This document shows, piece after piece, positions 56,846-64,000 of a stretch of DNA of 64,000 bases. Source of the stretch: Patescibacteria group bacterium (GTDB lineage Bacteria; Patescibacteriota; Minisyncoccia; Phycocordibacterales; JAKFXT01). The stretch spans positions 1,045-65,044 of the forward strand of contig JAKFXT010000008.1 of assembly GCA_021731245.1 (NCBI GenBank), in the 5' to 3' direction. The position numbers and the translations under genes are program-made. The notes beneath the pieces were generated by a model that ran no database searches, was not told the origin of the DNA, and saw nothing but the letters and a program-made list of their open reading frames with translations. Within the stretch, counting starts at the first letter, position 1; each line of letters begins with the position of its first letter.

Positions 56846-58132
56846 ATGAATACTGCAGATGTTGTCATAATTGGGGCTGGAGCAGCTGGATTAATGGCCG
56901 CACGGGAACTTTCTAAATCTGGAAAGAAGGTGGTTATTCTTGAGGCGAGAGATAGGGTTGGCGGGAGAATCTTTCCCTTAGATGGATTTGATTATCCGGC
57001 ACAGGGAGGAGCTGAGTTTGTACATGGAGAAGCTCCTCTTACCAAAGATTTAATAAAACAGGCCGGATTAACATACGTTCCCGAAGAAGGTGAGCTTTGG
57101 AGTATCCAAGAGCAAGACCTTGTCATAAGAGAAGCTCAACTAGTTATACCTAAAAATGATTTGTTAAAAGAGAAATTGGATAACTTAAAGGAGGATATTT
57201 CTATTAGAGAATTTCTTGATATTAATTTTTCTGGAAAAGAATACGACTCTTTTAGAAATGCGGTTATAACAATGGTAGAAGGGTATGAAGCGGCCGACCC
57301 AAAATTGATGAGCACCTTTGCTTTGAGAGATGGTTGGCTTGGCAAAGAGATGTTAAGTGATGGGAAAATTAAAGAAGGTTATGGGGCTTTATTAAATTTT
57401 CTTGAAGTTGAATGCATAAAAAATGGAGTAGATATTATTCTGAATAGTCCAGTTAATAATGTGGCTCTTGAACACAACAATACTTTTGTAAAAACAGAGA
57501 AAGGAGATATTTATAAATCTCAAAAAGCAATAGTGACTGTACCTCTTCCTGTTTTAAAAGATATCACATTCATTCCCGATATTAATCAGAAGATTAAACT
57601 GTTATCAAAAATAGGCTTTGGTGGAGTTGTTAAGATTTTAATAAAATTTAAAAGTCGTTGGTGGATAAAAACGTTAGAAAAAGATACGAGTGAAATGGCA
57701 TTTCTTTTGTCTAATGAAAAATTTAAAATCTGGTGGACACAATATCCCGAATTAGAACCTGTAATTACAGGCTGGTTGGCAGGCCCAGAATCAGAAAGGT
57801 ATAGGAATTATTCTTCTGAAGAGTTAGTTGATTTGGCCCTCGTTTCTCTTTCAAATATTTTTAAAATTGATAAGGAAATTATAGAAAAAGAAATCAAAAT
57901 TACGAAAGTTATAAATTGGCAACAAGATAAATTTTCTCAAGGCGCATACAGTTACGCTGCTTTAGGTACTGAATCTATTATGGAAAAACTGTCGGAACCA
58001 ATAGAAGAGAGTATTTTCTTTGCAGGAGAGGCCTTGTTTTCAGGGGATGCAACATCAACTGTTGAAGGTGCTTTGGGGAGTGGTTTGGAAGTCTCAAGAA
58101 AAGTGTTAGATAAATATGATAAAATTATCTAA
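56846..58132 (+). CDS. flavin monoamine oxidase family FAD-dependent oxidoreductase
   Basis: IIGAGAAGL, LEARDRVGGRI, GAEFVHG, GAYSY, FAGEA, TVEGAL.SG. Confidence 0.9.
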   Translation: MNTADVVIIGAGAAGLMAARELSKSGKKVVILEARDRVGGRIFPLDGFDYPAQGGAEFVHGEAPLTKDLIKQAGLTYVPEEGELWSIQEQDLVIREAQLVIPKNDLLKEKLDNLKEDISIREFLDINFSGKEYDSFRNAVITMVEGYEAADPKLMSTFALRDGWLGKEMLSDGKIKEGYGALLNFLEVECIKNGVDIILNSPVNNVALEHNNTFVKTEKGDIYKSQKAIVTVPLPVLKDITFIPDINQKIKLLSKIGFGGVVKILIKFKSRWWIKTLEKDTSEMAFLLSNEKFKIWWTQYPELEPVITGWLAGPESERYRNYSSEELVDLALVSLSNIFKIDKEIIEKEIKITKVINWQQDKFSQGAYSYAALGTESIMEKLSEPIEESIFFAGEALFSGDATSTVEGALGSGLEVSRKVLDKYDKII

Positions 58133-58174
58133 TCTTCATTAAGCCTTCAGTATAGTTAATTAAAATTAAACAAA

Positions 58175-58702
58175 ATGAGAAATACAATTATAGCGGTAGT
58201 AGCAGTAGCCATCATCGGTGTAGGCGCTTATTTTTATTATTCAAATAAGAAAGACGGCGCTAGTAATCAAATCATTGCATGTACCATGGAAGCTAAAATG
58301 TGCCCCGATGGTTCTGCTGTGGGTCGCTCTGGACCAAACTGTGAATTTGCTAAGTGCCCTGAATACATCACGCTTCCTGCAAGTGGGAATGTGACCATGT
58401 CTCTCGGAGAAAGTATTTCACTCATTAATATGAAACTTACTTTAAATAGTATTAAGGAAGATAGCAGATGCCCAAGTGATGTGACTTGTGTGTGGGTGGG
58501 GAGAGTCGTCGCAAATATTACACTTAGCGATGGCTTCGATACCCCAGTAGAGAGAGATATTGTACTCAGTGGAGCGAAAGAAGGATTTAATAATTATTTT
58601 GTGTCGCTTGTTGGAGTTATGCCAGGGACTATAAGCACTAAAACTATTTCGCCAAGCGAATATCGAGTCACATTCCACATAGATGAGCTTGATGCTAAAT
58701 AA
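58175..58702 (+). CDS. membrane-anchored Cys-rich surface protein
   Basis: ACTMEAKMCPDGSAVGRSGPNCEFAKCP and EDSRCPSDVTCVW.G motifs. Confidence 0.75.
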   Translation: MRNTIIAVVAVAIIGVGAYFYYSNKKDGASNQIIACTMEAKMCPDGSAVGRSGPNCEFAKCPEYITLPASGNVTMSLGESISLINMKLTLNSIKEDSRCPSDVTCVWVGRVVANITLSDGFDTPVERDIVLSGAKEGFNNYFVSLVGVMPGTISTKTISPSEYRVTFHIDELDAK

Positions 58703-58726
58703 AATTATCAATAACAATATAAATAT

Positions 58727-58960
58727 ATGAGCACAGAAGAATTTAAATTGGACGGTAAAGATTTGCTAGCGAAAGTAAAAGATTTGATTCATCAGGGGAA
58801 TATACGACGCATAACTATTAAGAATGAAAAGGGGGAATCTATATTAGAGATTCCTCTTACAATTGGTGCGGTTGGTGCGGTGCTCTTGCCTATTTTTGCA
58901 GCTGTGGGAGCACTGGCTGCGCTTCTTGCTAATTGTTCTATTGTTGTAGAGAAGAAATAA
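58727..58960 (+). CDS. DUF4342 domain protein
   Basis: KVKDLIHQGNIRRITIK..ILEIPLTIG, C-terminal hydrophobic stretch. Confidence 0.8.
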   Translation: MSTEEFKLDGKDLLAKVKDLIHQGNIRRITIKNEKGESILEIPLTIGAVGAVLLPIFAAVGALAALLANCSIVVEKK

Positions 58961-59023
58961 ATAAATTGGTTAATTTTTTTTAGCTTCACGCAATATTCAG
59001 TTCCCGCACTCTATTCTTGAGTT

Positions 59024-59686
59024 GTGACTCAAGTAATTTCTGCTTATACAAAAGAGGAAATAAAAGAAAAAAAAGAAAAGATTTTACTCTATATAGTCGG
59101 GGTGTTTTTTGTTATTGCTCAAATTGTTATTTTGAGCGCACTCATTATTGACCCTGAAACACGGCCGCTTTTATTTTGGCTTTGTAATAATTTTTGTTTT
59201 CTTTTAGCCATTGCTTGTTTTCGTAACAATATGCAAATGGTGAAAGGTATTAGTTACGTTGGCTTAATTCCGCAATTGCTTTGGATAACAGATTTTTTAA
59301 CACACTTCTTTGGTTTTGATTTTCTTAATACGGCTGACTACATATTTAGTGAGGGGTTTACTTATGCCAATAAGATTTCTGTTGTGCTTCATATGGTCAT
59401 TCCTATTCTGGTGGTCCTTATTAGTTTTAGAGTTATTCCAAAACTAAGTTCATTACTTTATTCTTTTGGTTACATAGCTTTTCTATATATAGCTACAATT
59501 GCCGGAACTACAGTGAGTAGAGATATTAATTGTATTTTTAATGCCTGTAATCAAAATTTCAATCTTCCTTACAATATTCTTTTGTGGCCAGTATATGTAG
59601 TGATAGTTAGTTTATTGGGGTATATAACTCATTTCATTCTTTATTATATATATAAAGAGATTAGCAATATAAAGACGAGGGTTTAA
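59024..59686 (+). CDS. multi-pass membrane protein
   Basis: About six hydrophobic segments, FWLCN motif. Confidence 0.7.
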   Translation: MTQVISAYTKEEIKEKKEKILLYIVGVFFVIAQIVILSALIIDPETRPLLFWLCNNFCFLLAIACFRNNMQMVKGISYVGLIPQLLWITDFLTHFFGFDFLNTADYIFSEGFTYANKISVVLHMVIPILVVLISFRVIPKLSSLLYSFGYIAFLYIATIAGTTVSRDINCIFNACNQNFNLPYNILLWPVYVVIVSLLGYITHFILYYIYKEISNIKTRV

Positions 59687-59728
59687 ATTCTTCATACTCG
59701 CTTCAGTAACTTAATTATATTGTGATGT

Positions 59729-60034
59729 ATGGCTGATATTGTCCAAGCTGATATTTTTTTCTTTATCACAACGATAGCGGTCATAGTAGTAGGTATTGGA
59801 CTGGTGATTTTTTTGTATTACGCGATCACTATTACGCAAGACATACGCTTTATAGTTAAAAAGGTGCGCAAATTGAGTGATGAATTTGAAAAGGATTTTG
59901 TAGACATGAGAGCGCAAATAAAAAGTGAAGGACTTCGTATAGGGACAATATTCAATTTTATTTCCAGGTTTTTTAAAAGTAAAAGCTCTAAGTCGAGAGC
60001 GAATAAAAAAGAAAGTGAAAGAGATGGAGAATAA
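59729..60034 (+). CDS. small single-pass membrane protein
   Basis: ADIFFFITTIAV TM helix followed by a coiled coil. Confidence 0.7.
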   Translation: MADIVQADIFFFITTIAVIVVGIGLVIFLYYAITITQDIRFIVKKVRKLSDEFEKDFVDMRAQIKSEGLRIGTIFNFISRFFKSKSSKSRANKKESERDGE

Positions 60035-60055
60035 TTAATAATTTATTTATTTAAT

Positions 60056-60463
60056 ATGGCAAAAATAAAAAAAGGGATGTCAACAAGTAATATGGTGGCT
60101 GTGGGAGTGGGGGCCGCAACCGTTGCGGTTGCGGCGGTTGGCGCATATTGGTTCTATGGTTCTAATGATGCCTCAAAGCACAGAAAAAGTGCCAGAAGCT
60201 GGATGTTGAAGGCCAGAGGAGAAGTACTTGAAGCAGTGGAAAATGTAATTGAAAAAGTAGGTGAAATAGATAAGGAAAAGTATATGAGTATTGTGGAAGA
60301 TGTACTCAAGAGATATTCAAAGCTTGCTGGAGTGACGCAAGATGAGATGGCTCAAATGACTCGTGATATGAAGGCCGCTTGGCAGCATATGCAAAAAGCA
60401 AGAAAGAGTAGTGTTTCAAAAATAAAAAAGGCAGTTAAAAATACAATGAAAACGAAGAGCTAA
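60056..60463 (+). CDS. hypothetical membrane-anchored protein
   Basis: Ala/Val-rich TM helix, WMLKARGEVLE motif, basic tail. Confidence 0.7.
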   Translation: MAKIKKGMSTSNMVAVGVGAATVAVAAVGAYWFYGSNDASKHRKSARSWMLKARGEVLEAVENVIEKVGEIDKEKYMSIVEDVLKRYSKLAGVTQDEMAQMTRDMKAAWQHMQKARKSSVSKIKKAVKNTMKTKS

Positions 60464-60484
60464 AGAGATCGTATAATTACAGAG

Positions 60485-61024
60485 ATGAATATAAAACAAT
60501 TTTATATGGGTAGGGCAGTAGGATTTGTTATTGTCGCTATTGTTGTGGCAGCTGTTTTTTGGTTTTTTGAATTTGATAAAATAGGCACGGTTGTGAAGGA
60601 AGAGCTTAATCAGAACTGGAAAACGATAACTAATCCTCAAGGAGTAACATTCCAATACCCTGAAAAACTCGGAACTACTTATATATCAGCAGTAGAATGG
60701 CCACCTGAAATTAGTTTAATCAAGGAAAAATTTGTTTGCGTAGAGTCTGGTACGGAAGTGAGTTCCAATGGGCAGATTCAAAAAGTAACGGTAGAAAATA
60801 AGACTTATTGTTTAACGAAACAGGCTGAAGGAGCGGCGGGCAGTACTTATATTAAATATACATACACTTCGGCCTTAGCCTCAGAAATGCTTGCAACCGT
60901 GAAGTTTGATTTACGTTTTGTGCAATGTGCCAATTACGACGAACCTAAGAAGGGCGAGTGTGAGGTAGAAAGAGAAAAATTTGATATCAATAGTATAATA
61001 AATAGTATTGTTAAAACAATTTAA
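60485..61024 (+). CDS. hypothetical exported protein
   Basis: TM helix, GVTFQYP, EGAAGSTY, QCANYD..C. Confidence 0.7.
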   Translation: MNIKQFYMGRAVGFVIVAIVVAAVFWFFEFDKIGTVVKEELNQNWKTITNPQGVTFQYPEKLGTTYISAVEWPPEISLIKEKFVCVESGTEVSSNGQIQKVTVENKTYCLTKQAEGAAGSTYIKYTYTSALASEMLATVKFDLRFVQCANYDEPKKGECEVEREKFDINSIINSIVKTI

Positions 61025-61038
61025 TTAATTTAATAATT

Positions 61039-61917
61039 ATGCAGAAAATTACACCCCATTTGTGGTTTGATAAAGAAGCTAAGGAAGCCACTCAATTTTA
61101 TGTTGATGTCTTTAAAGAAGGGAAAATAAATAATATAAGTGTAATAAAAGACACTCCATCAGGGGATTGTGACATGGTAAGTTTCGAACTTTTTGGGCAA
61201 AAGTTTATGGCCATAAGTGCGGGGCCATATTTTAAGTTAAATCCCGCAATTTCTATGTTTGTAGTTTTTGATAATGAAGCAGAAATTGAAGAGGTTTGGA
61301 ATAAGCTTGTTGATGGAGGGAAAGCTCTTATGGAGTACAACACGTATCCTTGGGCGAAAAAATATGGCTGGCTTCAAGATAAGTACGGCGTATCTTGGCA
61401 ATTGTCTTGGAGCGAAAACCATAAAATGGAAAAAAGAATTACTCCGCTTTTAATGTTTACTCAAAGTGGAGCTGGAAAAGCAAAAGAAGCGATTGAAGAA
61501 TATACAAAAATTTTCCCAAGTTCAAAAGTGGAAATGCTGGTACCGTATGAAAAGGGAGATGGAGATAAAGAAGGTTATATAAAACATTCAAGATTCTCTT
61601 TGAATGGAGAAAACTTTATGGCCATGGATAGTTCGGGACCACATCAATTTATTTTTAATGAAGCAATATCTTTTGTTGTTAAGTGTGATGATCAAGAAGA
61701 GATAGATCATTATTGGGGCAAACTTTCAGCCTACCCTGAATCAGAGCAATGTGGCTGGCTTAAAGATAAGTACGGTGTGTCTTGGCAAATTGTGCCGAGT
61801 GCTATGGATAAAATGATGACAGAAGGGACTCCGGAACAAATGAAAAGAGTGACACAATCTTTTTTGAAAATGAAAAAGTTTGATATTGTGGAATTAGAAA
61901 AAGCTTACAATGGGTAG
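61039..61917 (+). CDS. VOC/PhnB-like protein with two tandem domains
   Basis: ITPHLWFD, twice GWLxDKYGVSWQ. Confidence 0.9.
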   Translation: MQKITPHLWFDKEAKEATQFYVDVFKEGKINNISVIKDTPSGDCDMVSFELFGQKFMAISAGPYFKLNPAISMFVVFDNEAEIEEVWNKLVDGGKALMEYNTYPWAKKYGWLQDKYGVSWQLSWSENHKMEKRITPLLMFTQSGAGKAKEAIEEYTKIFPSSKVEMLVPYEKGDGDKEGYIKHSRFSLNGENFMAMDSSGPHQFIFNEAISFVVKCDDQEEIDHYWGKLSAYPESEQCGWLKDKYGVSWQIVPSAMDKMMTEGTPEQMKRVTQSFLKMKKFDIVELEKAYNG

Positions 61918-61955
61918 TTATTATTAATTCAACTAATTAAATTAAATCAAAATAT

Positions 61956-62324
61956 ATGGCATACGTAGATGGATATGTTCTTGTGGTCAAAAAGAAAAAT
62001 ATAAAAGCTTATACTGAAATGGCAAAGATGGGGGGAAAATTATGGCGCAAATACGGAGCGTTGGATTATAAGGAATGTATTGCAGATGATATGAAGCCAA
62101 ACAAATATGTGACACTTACATTTTCTAAATTAGTGAAATTAAAAAAAGAAGAAACAGTTTGGTTTTCATATATTGTCTTTAAATCACGAAAGCACAGAGA
62201 CATAGTCAATAAAAAAGTAATGAAAGACCCATCAATGAACGACCCTAAATATAAAGATATGCCAATGCCATTTGATATGAAGAAAATGGCTTATGCTGGT
62301 TTCAAGACAATGGTTGAGGCCTAA
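61956..62324 (+). CDS. DUF1428 (YbaA-like) protein
   Basis: YVDGYVL, YGALDYKEC, ETVWFSYI, MPFDMKKM..AGF. Confidence 0.88.
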   Translation: MAYVDGYVLVVKKKNIKAYTEMAKMGGKLWRKYGALDYKECIADDMKPNKYVTLTFSKLVKLKKEETVWFSYIVFKSRKHRDIVNKKVMKDPSMNDPKYKDMPMPFDMKKMAYAGFKTMVEA

Positions 62325-62345
62325 ATTATAAGTAACAATAAAAAA

Positions 62346-63143
62346 ATGAGTAGAACCGCTTACATAATAATAGTTGTCCTTGTTATTGCGGGAGCTTTTT
62401 TAGCATTCAAGAAAGACAATGATGATGTGGGACAAATGAAAAATGCAGAAATGTTAAAGCAAGAAAATAATACAGAAATTGTAATAGAAACAGATGTGCA
62501 GTATTTCGAAGGAGCGAAAGGTTACTTTGTTCGTCCCAAAGCAGAAGGGAATTATCCTGGAGTCATTATGATTCATGAAAATAGAGGTCTTCGTCCAGAA
62601 ATAAAAGATACAGCTGAACAACTCGCTAAAGTAGGTTATATGGTTCTTGCGGTGGACTTGCTTGGAGGAGTAGCAGAAGATCAGACGGGAGCGAGAGAAT
62701 TAACTTCCAAATTTAATCAGGTAAAGGGAGTAGAAAATATGAAAGCAGCTGTCGCATATTTGAAGAGTAAGGGTGTTACCAAGGTCGCATCTTTAGGCTG
62801 GTGCTTTGGCGGAAAACAATCTGTAGAACTTTCAATTTCTGGAGAAAAGCTGGACGCAACAGTTGTCTATTACGGTGGCAATATGGCGACAAGCACAGAG
62901 CGCCTTGCTCCTATAAAGTGGCCAGTACTTGGAATATTCGGAGATAAGGACCAGGCTATACCAGTTGAAATGGTTCGTACGTTTGAATCATCCCTTAATA
63001 CTTTGGGTGTAAAAAATGAAATACATATTTATCCGGGTGTAGGACACGCCTTTGCAAATCCATCTGGAGCAAGTTATGCGCCAAATGAAACGAAAGATGC
63101 TTGGGCGAAGACGGTAGAGTTTCTAAGAAAAAATCTCAAGTAA
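62346..63143 (+). CDS. dienelactone hydrolase family protein
   Basis: IHENRGL, GWCFGG nucleophile, YYG, Y.GVGHAFAN. Confidence 0.92.
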   Translation: MSRTAYIIIVVLVIAGAFLAFKKDNDDVGQMKNAEMLKQENNTEIVIETDVQYFEGAKGYFVRPKAEGNYPGVIMIHENRGLRPEIKDTAEQLAKVGYMVLAVDLLGGVAEDQTGARELTSKFNQVKGVENMKAAVAYLKSKGVTKVASLGWCFGGKQSVELSISGEKLDATVVYYGGNMATSTERLAPIKWPVLGIFGDKDQAIPVEMVRTFESSLNTLGVKNEIHIYPGVGHAFANPSGASYAPNETKDAWAKTVEFLRKNLK

Positions 63144-63168
63144 GAATATTATTAGTGATTAAATACAT

Positions 63169-63570
63169 ATGAATAGAGTTGTACATTTTGAAGTTCAAGC
63201 AGATGATTGCGAAAGAGCGATTAAGTTTTATAAAGAAATTTTTGGTTGGGAATTTATAAAGTGGGATGGCTCCCCAACGCCGTATTGGATGCTTATGACG
63301 GCGCCGAAGGACAGTAAAGAACCAGGCATTAATGGGGGGTTGCTTCCACGACCTGCTAAGTCTCCAGCTAAAGAGTGTGGGGCAAATTCTTTTGTTTGTA
63401 CTGTACAAGTTGAAAATTATGATGAAATGGAAAAGAAAATACTGGAAATGGGTGGGGTAATAATGATGCCAAAGTTTGCAATCCCCGGTATGGCTTGGCA
63501 AGGATATTATTTAGATACAGAAGGAAATGGCTTTGGAATACATCAGGCAGATGTGGACGCTAAGATGTAA
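63169..63570 (+). CDS. VOC (glyoxalase/bleomycin resistance) family protein
   Basis: VVHFEV, FY..IFGW, GINGG, DTEGN.FG. Confidence 0.9.
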   Translation: MNRVVHFEVQADDCERAIKFYKEIFGWEFIKWDGSPTPYWMLMTAPKDSKEPGINGGLLPRPAKSPAKECGANSFVCTVQVENYDEMEKKILEMGGVIMMPKFAIPGMAWQGYYLDTEGNGFGIHQADVDAKM

Positions 63571-63589
63571 AAAGTGTATAGAATAGGGA

Positions 63590-64000
63590 ATGGCTGTATC
63601 ACAAACTAAATACGATGTAATTGTAGTTGGAGGGGGCGCGTCAGGGCTAATGGCGGCAGGACGTGCGGCGGAGCGAGGACTACGTGTTCTTTTGCTTGAG
63701 AAAAATAGAAAACTAGCTGAGAAATTAAGAATTTCAGGTGGAGGCCGTTGCAATATAACTAACGCTGAATATGACCCACACATTTTGCTTCGCGCTTACG
63801 GAAAAGCAGAACAATTTCTTTACTCGCTTTTTGCGCAGTTTGGAGTGAAGGAAACCTTTTCATTTTTTGAGAAAAAGGGATTGCCACTCGTCGTGCAAGC
63901 GAGAAAGCGTGCTTTTCCTAAAACAGAAAAAGCGGAAGATGTGGTGAAGATTATGGAAAAATATGTGCGTGATGGGAAAGTAATAATTCGCACAGGAGTA
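63590..64000 (+). CDS. HI0933/BaiN family flavoprotein, 3' truncated by the window; not in the ORF track
   Basis: MAVSQTKYDVIVVGGGASGLMAA...LLEKN...KLRISGGGRCNITN. Confidence 0.88.
   Translation, partial: MAVSQTKYDVIVVGGGASGLMAAGRAAERGLRVLLLEKNRKLAEKLRISGGGRCNITNAEYDPHILLRAYGKAEQFLYSLFAQFGVKETFSFFEKKGLPLVVQARKRAFPKTEKAEDVVKIMEKYVRDGKVIIRTGV

Noticed and set aside
1-64000. Prophage, diversity-generating retroelement or retron
   Set aside because: No phage structural genes, reverse transcriptase or TR/VR-like repeat pair were recognised in the window

Overview
Window from a low-GC, gene-dense bacterial genome that looks like Patescibacteria/CPR (Parcubacteria-like; inferred from short IF2 and S1, a VirB2/TrbC-like pilin array, typical CPR hypotheticals and the lack of biosynthetic operons), using the standard genetic code. 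The backbone is housekeeping (trxB, ftsZ, ftsA, ybeY, rpsU, HisRS-like, lepB, pth, rpsA, gyrA, rbfA, infB, cysteine desulfurase, clpB, rpmG, miaA, ahpC, parB, relA/spoT, topA, dprA, serS, ftsQ-like, dus, dnaX) with 8 tRNA genes. A co-oriented run of small accessory genes fills 49-64 kb. No CRISPR array, integrase or transposase is visible. The unusual structure lies between the genes. (1) About 14 GC-rich orphan units are dispersed through the backbone; most have an AT-rich sigma70 promoter, a leader with a purine-rich Shine-Dalgarno (several with a boxA-like GTTCTTT) and a GC hairpin terminator, while many core genes look leaderless. Two adjacent unrelated orphans share a 28/30-identical promoter. 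(2) A structured element of about 130-150 nt occurs six times directly 3' of tRNA genes. (3) A related element of about 90 nt with terminal inverted repeats occurs three times. (4) Two promoter-to-terminator transcripts have no credible ORF and are candidate ncRNAs. (5) A winged-HTH gene is bracketed by identical perfect palindromes. Products are assigned from recognised motifs only; no database search was run.
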